Source of the DNA: Candidatus Poseidoniales archaeon
GTDB taxonomy: Archaea; Thermoplasmatota; Poseidoniia; Poseidoniales; Thalassarchaeaceae
Length of the DNA stretch: 63,720 nt
Direction: 5' to 3'
Assembly: GCA_003602515.1 (NCBI GenBank)
Contig: QQSB01000002.1
Location: 6,296 to 70,015 of the forward strand
The position numbers were made by a program, and so were the translations under genes. Below the pieces are notes generated by a model. The model was not told the DNA's origin. It ran no database searches and was given only the letters and a program-made list of their open reading frames with translations. Positions 44,835 to 54,132 of this stretch are shown here, one piece after another (within the stretch, counting starts at the first letter, position 1; each line of letters starts with the position of its first letter).

Positions 44835-46070
44835 TCATGAGTAGGCTTCCCCGAATGTTTCAAGGGTTGTTTGCCTCCCTCTGTTTGCGAACCAGGAAAG
44901 CTTGGCTTCTTCCGGTGAAGAGACCCTTTGTAGCAAATACGACATCGTCTCAGCCAATGTATCGAAAATCGTTGGCTTGCTCTTCATCGCGTTCCTTACA
45001 GTCTCCCTGATCAACCATACTCCCACTGGGGCCCAATAGCCCGGACCGATGTCTCTCCATACCATGCAAGAGCCGGATCTCCCTATTGCCTCCATGTGCT
45101 CTAGAACCGCTAGGCGCGCGGCATAGTATGCACCGGTTATCGAGTGGGCGTATTCGGATCTTGGCTGCATTTCCTCCCAGTCGTCCAGTACCTGACCATT
45201 GGACCCCCATACGGAGCCCCTACACCAGGCTTCTAGCATCTGAAACGCCCAAAGCCCGGGAGCGAGGATGACGTGGAATCTGTTGTCGAGATATGTTTTC
45301 TCGAAAACCATATACTTGTCTAGTGAGGGAAGGTCTCTGACTCTCTCCCAGCACTGCTTCGATAGTGTGTCGTCGGTTGCAGTAATCCCCCATCTAGTTG
45401 GTACCAATTTCCTTTTTCCCTCCTTGCCAAGAAGGCCTGAAGAAAGGATTCTGGATATGTGAGCCTCTCCTATTCCGGAGGAAGTTAGCTCTTTCATGGC
45501 CTCGTTTGCCAGGAGGTCGGTCTCGTTTGCGACTGAGTCAACCTTACTGCTAATACTGGCATGGCTGACGACTTCGGCACTGACCAAGTGACCTGCCGGC
45601 CCTAGGGGGGTGCTCATCGTGTCGAAAGAGGGGGGGCTCCCTATCGGCACTGGGCGGTCGAAGTCAAGTTCGACGTCGACTGCGCTCGACGACATTGCTA
45701 TGACTTGGGTTGCTTCGAGGATATGATTGGTTTCTCGTTCAGTATTTATTGCCATTTTACTGCTGCCAGTGACTAGGTTTGCATGCCTGGCAGCTACCTC
45801 TTCCAGGGGTTTACCGAATAGCTCTGATGGGTCTCCACTGGATATCTTCTCATCCTCTGAGTCCTGAATCCAAGACACACTCGGTCCTGCTCTGATATTG
45901 GGGTACCCGTATCTTCCTACGAACAGAGAGGGGGGGCTCGGGCCCGCCATGTCAGAAAGGATGGTTTCCTCTCTCTGAGGGAGCCTGCGCTTGACCTCGG
46001 ATAGAAGAGGGCACGGTGCGATTCCGCACATGCCCTTGGTGCCCCTGCAATCGATACACTCTGCGAACAC
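44835..46070 (-). CDS. Nre-family archaeal DNA repair protein
   Basis: N-terminal CIDCRGTKGMCGIAPCPLL cysteine cluster. C-terminal PIP-like box QTTLETFG. Confidence 0.65.
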   Translation of the reverse strand: MFAECIDCRGTKGMCGIAPCPLLSEVKRRLPQREETILSDMAGPSPPSLFVGRYGYPNIRAGPSVSWIQDSEDEKISSGDPSELFGKPLEEVAARHANLVTGSSKMAINTERETNHILEATQVIAMSSSAVDVELDFDRPVPIGSPPSFDTMSTPLGPAGHLVSAEVVSHASISSKVDSVANETDLLANEAMKELTSSGIGEAHISRILSSGLLGKEGKRKLVPTRWGITATDDTLSKQCWERVRDLPSLDKYMVFEKTYLDNRFHVILAPGLWAFQMLEAWCRGSVWGSNGQVLDDWEEMQPRSEYAHSITGAYYAARLAVLEHMEAIGRSGSCMVWRDIGPGYWAPVGVWLIRETVRNAMKSKPTIFDTLAETMSYLLQRVSSPEEAKLSWFANRGRQTTLETFGEAYS

Positions 46071-46109
46071 AGGGTGAAATCTGAATCGGGCGCTATTAGG
46101 GTTAATGGC

Positions 46110-47318
46110 TCAGAATAGCCATAGGGCATCGATAGTGTCGCCCTTTTGACAACTCGTATCAGGAGGGAGTAGCGAGAGCCCATTATGCGCAACCATGCTG
46201 TGAATATTCCCACTCCCTTGGTGGGTACTAGTGGATGCAACCAGATTGTTGCCCTCTTGCCTGATTGAGATCCTCCTCATACACAGCTTTCCCGGGGCAC
46301 CCTTGAGTGGCTCCTGCATGGTGACGCGTACCCTGTTTGCCATGCTGGAGCCATTGGCTTCGTCTGAACCCATGCTCTTTGACATCCAAGGTGCGACCAA
46401 GACCGTGAAGACAACATGACTGCTAACTGGATTACCGGGAAGTCCGAAGAGGGGTGTTCCCTTCCAATATCCGAAGAGGGGGGGACCTCCTGGTCTCATC
46501 ATGATCCTCCAGAATCTAATATCGCCTTCCTGCTCCATTATCTGTCGGACGATATCCCACTCTCCCATACTGACTCCCCCACTAGTGATTATCGCATCAC
46601 AAGATCCCGCAGCCTCGTCGAGTGCTTTCCTCAGATCCTCAATACTGTCCCTAATCAGTGCGGATCTCCGTGGAGTCCCCCCCATCTTCTTCACAAGCGA
46701 GGAGATTCCAAATGTGTTGGATTCGTATATCGAGTTCTCCGAAAGGGGCTCTCCCGGAGGCGTCAGCTCATCTCCCACCCCAATCACTGCTATCGAAGGC
46801 GGTCGAACTACGGACACTGTGTCGTGCCCCATTGTTGCTGCAAGGGAGATTGCGGATGGAGTGAGTATGTTTCCAGATCTCAAGGGTCGTTCACCCTCAG
46901 TGAGGTTCTCCCCTCTCTTGCGAATGAAGCCGGGTCTTGCTGGGCCGTTGATCGTGACTGAGCCATCATGAGTCGTTGAATCCTCAATCATCACGATCGC
47001 ATTGGCCCCCTCTGGAATCGGAGCTCCCGTCATGATGCTGCAGGCCTCGCCCTCACCAACTAGTGGGACTTCCGCGGATCCGGCTTGGCTAGTCCCAACT
47101 ATCCTCAATACTGCTCCTGACTCTTGGCAGTCTGCCTCCCTAACGGCCCATCCGTCCATTGCAGAATTGTCGAAACGTGGGTCGTCAACTAAAGAGATGA
47201 GGTCATCGAAAAGTATCCTGCCTGTTGCCTGATCAAGAGGCAGTATCTCTTGATATCTTTCTATGGGTGTTTGGTTCGCTATCTCCAATGCCCGCTCCAG
47301 AGACACACCCTTCTCCAT
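46110..47318 (-). CDS. moeA: molybdopterin molybdenumtransferase
   Basis: NSAMDGWAV, ITSGGVSMGEWD and LPGNPVSS. The internal ATG at 47318 avoids overlap with the divergent TauE gene. Confidence 0.85.
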   Translation of the reverse strand: MEKGVSLERALEIANQTPIERYQEILPLDQATGRILFDDLISLVDDPRFDNSAMDGWAVREADCQESGAVLRIVGTSQAGSAEVPLVGEGEACSIMTGAPIPEGANAIVMIEDSTTHDGSVTINGPARPGFIRKRGENLTEGERPLRSGNILTPSAISLAATMGHDTVSVVRPPSIAVIGVGDELTPPGEPLSENSIYESNTFGISSLVKKMGGTPRRSALIRDSIEDLRKALDEAAGSCDAIITSGGVSMGEWDIVRQIMEQEGDIRFWRIMMRPGGPPLFGYWKGTPLFGLPGNPVSSHVVFTVLVAPWMSKSMGSDEANGSSMANRVRVTMQEPLKGAPGKLCMRRISIRQEGNNLVASTSTHQGSGNIHSMVAHNGLSLLPPDTSCQKGDTIDALWLF

Positions 47319-47367
47319 GGATGTCGAGAAACGGTGGAGTTGAAGTGTCCTTCCCAAAGCGGTCCTC

Positions 47368-48126
47368 GTGGTTTCCACTGAGTTGGTGCTGGTCCTATTG
47401 GCTCTCTTCGTAGTGGCATCACTGTACTCCTCTGTTGGACTCGGGGGGGCTTCAGGATACCTGGCTGTCCTGTCGATGACGACATTCGCAGCATCGGAGT
47501 CTATCTGGCTCAAGCAGTATGCTTGGTCACTGAATCTAATTGTAGCTGGAATCGCGTTCTGGCACTACCACAAATCTGGACACCATGTCAGGGGGCTGTC
47601 GATTCCGTTCATCTCTGCTAGCGTTCCCATGGCCGCCCTTGGAGGTTTCATGCTAGTGGATGGGAACGTGTATGACGCCCTTCTATCTCTCGCATTGATC
47701 GTAGCAGCTTGGAGGTTGGTTTCAGGCGATGCTGGGGTTAGCGAAGCGGTCCGACCCAGTGCTACCAAGGCCGCGGCAGTTGGAGGTGGGATTGGCTTGG
47801 CTAGTGGAGTGATAGGTTTGGGAGGAGGTATCTTCCTTCTGCCAGCTCTAATGCTCGGTAGGTGGGCTACAGCTAAGGAGGCGGCTGCGACAACCTCACT
47901 CTTCGTCTGGTTAAACTCCCTCGCTGGTTTGGTAGGAGCGAGTCTTGCTGGTAGGCTTGACTTGGAACCTGAACTCCTTATCCCATTCTCATCTGTAGTA
48001 CTAGTGGGGGGTTTTCTTGGTTCTAGGTATGGGTCGCGAGTATCGTCCCAGAGTGGGATCCGGGGATTACTAGTAGTAGTCCTGGTACTTGCTGCATCCA
48101 GGAGGATATTCCAGATTCTGGGCTAG
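47368..48126 (+). CDS. TauE/SafE (DUF81) family anion exporter
   Basis: Duplicated 4-TM halves, each with a VGLGGASGY or GLGGGIFLLP motif. Confidence 0.7.
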   Translation: MVSTELVLVLLALFVVASLYSSVGLGGASGYLAVLSMTTFAASESIWLKQYAWSLNLIVAGIAFWHYHKSGHHVRGLSIPFISASVPMAALGGFMLVDGNVYDALLSLALIVAAWRLVSGDAGVSEAVRPSATKAAAVGGGIGLASGVIGLGGGIFLLPALMLGRWATAKEAAATTSLFVWLNSLAGLVGASLAGRLDLEPELLIPFSSVVLVGGFLGSRYGSRVSSQSGIRGLLVVVLVLAASRRIFQILG

Positions 48127-48932
48127 TCTTGCAGGACGTGTCTGACTGCATTATGGAAAATTCCCATCCCTTCCCCCTCTCCATGGGCTGTATCCTCTCT
48201 GGTCCAACTAGGACCGAGCCACGTGGAGTGGTTCGCCTCTGGATGTGGCATCAATCCGAAAACTAGGCCAGATGGATCGCACACACCAGCAACGTTCCTC
48301 CAGCTCTGGTTCGGAGAAATCGGGTAGGGCAGAGTGTCGTCGCCAGAGCTGGGGTATGTGGTGTTTGGGTCCACATATCGTGCTACCAACTGGCCAGAAT
48401 CGGCCCAGCTATCCATCAATTTGGCATTGTCTGTGACGAACTTGCCCTCTCCGTGACGTACGGGAACTCGGATTCGCTCGAGCCCGGTCGTCCAAATGCA
48501 CGGGCTGTCCGGGTCGAACTCCAGAGTTACCCACCTGTTTTCGTATCGACCACTGTCGTTGAGTGCTAGCGATGCGGTCTGAGTCAGGCTGACCTCATCG
48601 TCCCCAGGCAGTAGGCCCATCTTCACGAGGACCTGAAAGCCGTTGCATATCCCTATGACCGGCTTGCCGGAGGACACGAACTCCCTGACCTGTTCCCTTA
48701 GTCCGAATCTGAGTCGATTACCAAGCAGTCTGCCGCTTCCCAGGTGGTCTCCGAATGAGAAGCCCCCGGGGATGGCCATGATCTGGTAGTCGGACAGACT
48801 GGCCTCTCCCCTCACCAGTCTGTTGACATGGACCCTCTCGACGAGTGCCCCGGCCATTTCGAAAACGGCCATTGTCTCGATCTCGCAGTTGATTCCGAAC
48901 CCGGAAAGAACTGCTACCTTTGGCTCCATCAT
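48123..48932 (-). CDS. purQ: FGAM synthase glutaminase subunit
   Basis: GICNGFQVL catalytic Cys and MPHPE. The start ATGATG overlaps the purL TGA. Confidence 0.85.
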   Translation of the reverse strand: MMEPKVAVLSGFGINCEIETMAVFEMAGALVERVHVNRLVRGEASLSDYQIMAIPGGFSFGDHLGSGRLLGNRLRFGLREQVREFVSSGKPVIGICNGFQVLVKMGLLPGDDEVSLTQTASLALNDSGRYENRWVTLEFDPDSPCIWTTGLERIRVPVRHGEGKFVTDNAKLMDSWADSGQLVARYVDPNTTYPSSGDDTLPYPISPNQSWRNVAGVCDPSGLVFGLMPHPEANHSTWLGPSWTREDTAHGEGEGMGIFHNAVRHVLQD

Positions 48933-51900
48933 GCTCCTTCTCCGTGCAGTGTTCCCTTCCATGATTCCCTGAGCTCCCTCATGGATGCGGATAGTATGAC
49001 ATCGCCGTGCCTGCTGAATGAGATTCCATCATCGCTCGACACGTCTCCGATATAGTGGCAGGTGATACCTTCCATGGACTTCTCGAAGGCTTTCCTATCG
49101 TCCGGACTAGTGCTCACCAGTATCCTACCTAGGCTCTCCCCGAATAATGCCCCCCATGTGTCCAGATGGTCGCAGTCCGACCATATTGGGGTGATGTCCA
49201 GCTTCGCTCCCGAATCTGATCCGAAGCAGCATTCCGCCAATGCCACGGCCAGGCCTCCGTCACTACAGTCGTGTGCGCTGGCCACCAGTTCCCTGCTCAT
49301 CGCAGCAGTCAGGGCCCTATAGGCAGTCATATTCCTCTCCGGGTCTATCTCTGGGACGGTCCCACCGATGCCGCCAGCACCATCGTCTCGGAGCATATAG
49401 GATAGTTCGCTGGCTCCGAGTTCCTGGTGCGTCTGGCCGATCAGGAAAATCGCATCACCTGGCTTCTTGAAGTCGGATGAGACGGCCTTACGTACGTCAT
49501 GATGGTTTCCGAGGAGGCTGAAGAGAAGCGTGGGCGGGACGCTGATCTTCTCCCCTCCAAGCATAGAGTCGTTCTTCATGGAGTCCTTCCCGCTGATGCA
49601 GGGAAGGCGATATGCCCTGCATACGTCATCCAAGGCACGATTGGCTCTCACTAACTGGGCGAGTTTATACTTCCCATCGGGAGTCTTGGCCGACTCTATA
49701 GGATCCGGCCAGCAAAAGTTGTCGAGGCCCGAGATGAGGTCCAAGTCCACGCCAACGCATACTGCGTTACGCAGTGCCTCGTCCACAGAGGCGGCAGCCA
49801 TGGCATAGGCGTCTATGTCGGAGTACCTGGGAGCTATGCCGTTCGAAACGACCAGTCCCTGTATCCCACCCTGCAACGGGGCGATTACCGCGGCATCTCC
49901 GGGAGCGTCGCGGTTAACCCCAACGAATGGCTTGATCACGCTCTGGGCGATGACCTCGTGATCGTAAGACCGAACCCACCACTCCTTGCTAGCGACGTTC
50001 GGCCTGGCTAGCAGTCTGCCGAGAGTCGCTCCCATTTCCGAATCGTCTAGGTCGGGCGTCTCGACTGGCAAATGGACGGGGGGCTGCCATTCGGACTCGA
50101 GTATGAGCTGTGGGCATCCATCGAAGAGGAAATTGATGGGCAGGTTGGCGACCGGAGTCTCCCCGTGACGGACAACGAACGCCCCGGAGTCAGTGAACGA
50201 GCCCACTGCGGTGGCCTCCACTTCATGTAGCGCCGCTAGTGACTCGAAATCTGCGCAGTCCTCTGGCCTTATGCCGACAGTCATTCTCTCTTGCGATTCG
50301 GAGACCAGTATCTCCCACGAAGAGAGCCCGGCCTGCTTCAGAGGGACTGCGCCGAGATCCAGGATCGCTCCCCCCGTGAGCTCTGCCATCTCGCCCACAC
50401 TACTGGAGAGCCCTCCGGCCCCGTTGTCCGTGATTACCTGGATAAGCCCCGCATCCCTCGCCTCGAGAATCATGTCAATCATTTTCTTCTGAGTGATTGG
50501 GTCACCTATCTGGACTGCAGAGCTCGGGCTCTCCTCTGTTAACTCAAGACTGGAGAAGGTCGCTCCGTGGATTCCATCGCTTCCGACACGCCCCCCTACC
50601 ATGTAGACAATATCGCCCGGTTGAGGGGTTTTCACATGGCTCTCCCTGCCATCGGCAAGTAAACGCGGCATTATCCCGACTGTGCCGCAGAAGACCAGTG
50701 GCTTGCCGATGTACCGCTCATCGAATACTATTGCTCCATTGACGGTCGGGATTCCTGATTCGTTACCTCCCGACCTGACTCCTGAATGGACTCCTCTGAA
50801 TACTCTCGAGGGGTGGAAGAGACCTGGGGGGATGGTTCCCGAGTAATCTGGTGGGCCGAAGCAGAATACATCGGTGTTGGCAATCGGCCTAGCGCCGAGC
50901 CCCGTGCCGAGTATGTCTCGATTCACCCCCACTATCCCGGTGATTGCTCCTCCATAGGGATCTAGAGCGCTGGGGCTATTGTGGGTCTCGGCCTTGATGC
51001 AGACGCTCCAGTCATCATTCCATGAGATGACTCCGGAATTATCGTGGAAGATGCTTAGCAGCCAGTCTACATCCCCCTGAATGTCAAGGGTGGGTTGCAT
51101 TATGTGGGTCTTGAACAAGGAGTCGATTGTCGAATCCTCACCTGTAACCTTGTCAGTGTGCCTAATTCTGGCTGCGAAAATCTTGTGTGAGCAATGCTCT
51201 GACCATGTCTGTGCGAGGCATTCCAGTTCCGCGTCGGTAGGACGATCCGAGGGGAGGCTCATCGCCTCCCTAGCCGACCTGACCGTGGGATCGCGGTAGT
51301 GTGCTTGTATCGCCCTCATCTCGGCGATGTTGAGCGCCAGAAGTCCCTGCTCGCTGATTGTGATTAGCTCTTCGTCACTGACCTCCAAATCGACTGTTGC
51401 TGGTTCCTGGAAGGTTACTGGAGGCATCTCTGGGAACTCCAGAAGAGGCCAAGACCCTTTGGAACAGTCTTCTCGTCCCGCCACTGCCGCCCTCTCGATT
51501 AGCGGATTGTGAAGGATGGATGCCAAGTCGTTTGGTGAGATTCCAGCTTCAACCCCCCAGAAGGCATAGGTGGTGGATGTAGCTACTATCGCTGATGATT
51601 GGTTTGGAAAAAGAGTCAGCAGTCCATCCAACCCCGCTTGGCCGGAGTTATCCGTAACGCCTGGCTTGAAGCCGATTTGGATTGCTGCTTCTGGTGGATT
51701 CGAGAAAGATTCCAGCATCCTAGAGCTCATGGAGCCGACTTCGATCACCGGATCGGCGAACAAGTCGTAAATCAGGGACTCGGCCTCAATGTCGGAAACA
51801 TCGGATCTGACTTGGTAACCAAGTATTACCCGAACTGATAGCACATCGATCCCATGGTCCACTTTGAGCATCGATCTCACGCTCTCGCCACGTGCATCAG

Positions 51901-51961
51901 GCAATCCATCGAGATCCTTCGTAGTAACTTCGAAGAGCCGGATATTGGTTTCAGTAGGCAT
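48929..51961 (-). CDS. purL: FGAM synthase subunit PurL with an N-terminal tandem PurS-like extension
   Basis: WSEHCSHKIF, ETHNSPS and DCSDGGL. The 1010-aa length is about 250 aa longer than a small PurL. The extension has two PurS-like modules. Confidence 0.9.
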   Translation of the reverse strand: MPTETNIRLFEVTTKDLDGLPDARGESVRSMLKVDHGIDVLSVRVILGYQVRSDVSDIEAESLIYDLFADPVIEVGSMSSRMLESFSNPPEAAIQIGFKPGVTDNSGQAGLDGLLTLFPNQSSAIVATSTTYAFWGVEAGISPNDLASILHNPLIERAAVAGREDCSKGSWPLLEFPEMPPVTFQEPATVDLEVSDEELITISEQGLLALNIAEMRAIQAHYRDPTVRSAREAMSLPSDRPTDAELECLAQTWSEHCSHKIFAARIRHTDKVTGEDSTIDSLFKTHIMQPTLDIQGDVDWLLSIFHDNSGVISWNDDWSVCIKAETHNSPSALDPYGGAITGIVGVNRDILGTGLGARPIANTDVFCFGPPDYSGTIPPGLFHPSRVFRGVHSGVRSGGNESGIPTVNGAIVFDERYIGKPLVFCGTVGIMPRLLADGRESHVKTPQPGDIVYMVGGRVGSDGIHGATFSSLELTEESPSSAVQIGDPITQKKMIDMILEARDAGLIQVITDNGAGGLSSSVGEMAELTGGAILDLGAVPLKQAGLSSWEILVSESQERMTVGIRPEDCADFESLAALHEVEATAVGSFTDSGAFVVRHGETPVANLPINFLFDGCPQLILESEWQPPVHLPVETPDLDDSEMGATLGRLLARPNVASKEWWVRSYDHEVIAQSVIKPFVGVNRDAPGDAAVIAPLQGGIQGLVVSNGIAPRYSDIDAYAMAAASVDEALRNAVCVGVDLDLISGLDNFCWPDPIESAKTPDGKYKLAQLVRANRALDDVCRAYRLPCISGKDSMKNDSMLGGEKISVPPTLLFSLLGNHHDVRKAVSSDFKKPGDAIFLIGQTHQELGASELSYMLRDDGAGGIGGTVPEIDPERNMTAYRALTAAMSRELVASAHDCSDGGLAVALAECCFGSDSGAKLDITPIWSDCDHLDTWGALFGESLGRILVSTSPDDRKAFEKSMEGITCHYIGDVSSDDGISFSRHGDVILSASMRELRESWKGTLHGEGA

Positions 51962-51970
51962 GTTCTCACT

Positions 51971-52330
51971 CTATGCTAGAAAAGCCTCGCTCAATTGCCA
52001 ACCGAGCCATGCTGTTAATGGTGCCAACAGATTGAGTGCGACGTAAACCGCTGCTATCGCTGCACTATCGTCCTTGATGAGTCCGACGGTCTCGACGCCG
52101 AATGTGGACATCGTGGTAAAACCGCCCAATAGTCCGGTTCCGAGGAAAAGTAGTGACTCCGTCTGTAGTGAGGCGGCCATCAGCGCGCCAAGGAGGAAAG
52201 ACCCAGAGAGGTTCACGGCTATTGTCGCCCATGGAATTTCGCCCGTTCCGGAGGGTATCGCTTCCGCTACCCCCCAACGTGCTATCGAGCCGATTGCGCC
52301 TCCCAGACCGACCAGTGCCGCTGGATGCAT
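51971..52330 (-). CDS. crcB: fluoride channel CrcB/FluC
   Basis: GGAIGSIARW and GGFTTMSTF. Confidence 0.85.
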   Translation of the reverse strand: MHPAALVGLGGAIGSIARWGVAEAIPSGTGEIPWATIAVNLSGSFLLGALMAASLQTESLLFLGTGLLGGFTTMSTFGVETVGLIKDDSAAIAAVYVALNLLAPLTAWLGWQLSEAFLA

Positions 52331-52410
52331 GGGGCTGGCGGGAACTGACGGGGCTTCATATTTCTGAGAAGAGGGAAGACTTCACAAACGGGCGAGTACA
52401 GGACTACAGG

Positions 52411-53205
52411 ATGAAAGCGGAGGATGCTTGGGGGCCCAGATGGGTGAACTGCGCACACCCACTATCTCATGAGTTCATGCGTATTTCCAGCGAGAAGCAG
52501 TCGTTGGTGGTACTAGCGGCAGACCTCCCCACAGTAGATGGCATAGTTGAGTTAATCGAAGAGCTGGGAGATTACGTTTGTGCTCTGAAGACGCATGTTG
52601 ACATGGTCGAGGGCTTCAATATGGAGGAGTGGAGAAGAGTGGTGGACGCTACTCGTTCGAAGGGCATGTTGCTTTTCGAAGACCGGAAGTTCGCGGACAT
52701 TGGCAGGGTAGCTCAGACTCAGATGGGGGGTTTGTATGATATTCGTTCTTGGGCTGACTTGGTCACCTCTCATAGTGTCAGTGGCCCGGATGTCATCGAT
52801 GGAATAGCCACGGCCTGGGATGAGGTGGAGAGAATCGGTGGTGTCCTACTTCTGGCTCAGATGTCCAGCTCGGGTAATCTACTAGTCGAGGGGTATACCG
52901 AAAGTACCCTAGACATAGGTAAGGCATCCCCTCATGTGTTAGGGTATATCGGAAATGGGAGTTCTGTTTCTGAGTTGAGAGAGCTTCGTTCTAAGGTCGG
53001 TGATGGTCGAATGATTTGGACGCCGGGTGTAAATTTGAGTGCTGAAGAAGGAATCCTAGGACAAAGGTACGGTCATCCGGTTGAAGCCGTGCTAGCAGGT
53101 TCAGATGCGATCATAGTAGGTTCTGGCATACACAAGTCGGACGATCCGCTTTCTGCAGTACGGGAGTATGCTTCTTCCTCATGGGGAGCATTGCTGGAGA
53201 GGTAG
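52411..53205 (+). CDS. pyrF: orotidine 5'-phosphate decarboxylase
   Basis: LKTHVDMV and FEDRKFADIG. ATG at 52411 is preferred, because the ORF-track N-terminus overlaps crcB on the other strand. Confidence 0.8.
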   Translation: MKAEDAWGPRWVNCAHPLSHEFMRISSEKQSLVVLAADLPTVDGIVELIEELGDYVCALKTHVDMVEGFNMEEWRRVVDATRSKGMLLFEDRKFADIGRVAQTQMGGLYDIRSWADLVTSHSVSGPDVIDGIATAWDEVERIGGVLLLAQMSSSGNLLVEGYTESTLDIGKASPHVLGYIGNGSSVSELRELRSKVGDGRMIWTPGVNLSAEEGILGQRYGHPVEAVLAGSDAIIVGSGIHKSDDPLSAVREYASSSWGALLER

Positions 53206-53206
53206 C

Positions 53207-53446
53207 GTGGCGGTAGCAGGAGACGTGGTAGCGTGGGGCTGCTCCGTGTTGGTGATTTTAGGGCTAGCTTGGTATGTTTTTTACGAGGTTCTGAAGAGAT
53301 GGAGGGTCGGGTTGAGGCTGTCTACATTGGATGAGAGCCTGTTGTACGATGATGGAGTCTCTGTGGAAGTCATAACGGACACACCAATCGGAAGCAGCAT
53401 CGTTGGTGGTGCTGTGGCTGAGTTCGTGGAAGACTCGGGGCCCTAG
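53207..53446 (+). CDS. possible small single-TM protein
   Basis: In-frame GTG 1 nt after the pyrF stop, with TM helix WGCSVLVILGLAWYVFY. Weak support. Confidence 0.3.
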   Translation: MAVAGDVVAWGCSVLVILGLAWYVFYEVLKRWRVGLRLSTLDESLLYDDGVSVEVITDTPIGSSIVGGAVAEFVEDSGP

Positions 53447-54132
53447 ATTTCGACGAACCCGAGGTAGAAAGCTGCACTGAATCCTATCGAGCCGATCATA
53501 GCAAACAGAATCAGGATACGGAATAGTCGCCTCTTCCTCTTTGGCTTGGGCAGTTCTGGAAGGGGCAGTAACGGAGTTGGGGGGGCGTCGATCTGACTTG
53601 GTTCCTCAGAGAGTGGGGGAGTTGGAAGGGGAGGGAGTGGAGAGGGTTCATCCTCTAGGTCGGGGTAGAGGGCATCCAAGTCCGCCAAACCCGGTGCATT
53701 TGGTATGGGTCCGTTCATCAGTACCCACTTCTGATCGATATCCGCCCTAGTAAGAGGGGTGACGAGTACAGAAACCGCGCCAGCAGAATAGGCTGCATCG
53801 TTTGCCTTGCTCAATCTCGATTTGCTTACCACGAAGACGACTCGCGCTTCTGGGTCGCTCTCACGTATCTCCAGTGCTGCGACGTGTCCATCCATCGTTG
53901 GAAGATTCAGGCCCAGGAAGACCATACTTGGCTTCATCTTGACGTAATCGTCCACCGCTTTGTCCCCATCGTTACAGATTTGGGAGGCCCATCCCCTCTG
54001 ACTCATTATCGACTTCAGCCTACTTGCCGTGATTCCATTCTCGTGGACTATGAGGGCAGTCGGCTTGTCTTCCGAAGACATCTGGTGGTCCCACATAGGA
54101 TGGGGGTCAAGAAGGGGCTGGTTGTTAATCAT
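53443..54132 (-). CDS. receiver (CheY-like) domain protein lacking the phospho-acceptor residues, with proline-rich linker and C-terminal TM anchor
   Basis: REC-like ALIVHENG..MVFLGLNLPTMDG..VVFVVSK..VLVTPL. Aligned by eye to CheY, DD reads HE, D57 reads G and K109 reads T. Followed by PLPPLPTPP...KPKRKRR and then a TM helix. Confidence 0.6.
   Translation of the reverse strand: MINNQPLLDPHPMWDHQMSSEDKPTALIVHENGITASRLKSIMSQRGWASQICNDGDKAVDDYVKMKPSMVFLGLNLPTMDGHVAALEIRESDPEARVVFVVSKSRLSKANDAAYSAGAVSVLVTPLTRADIDQKWVLMNGPIPNAPGLADLDALYPDLEDEPSPLPPLPTPPLSEEPSQIDAPPTPLLPLPELPKPKRKRRLFRILILFAMIGSIGFSAAFYLGFVEI

Noticed and set aside
52331-52410. Possible fluoride riboswitch upstream of crcB
   Set aside because: The spacer is only 80 bp and is shared with divergent pyrF. 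I could not find the conserved crcB-motif segments on the relevant strand. A TATA-like AAATAT sits at leaderless distance instead.
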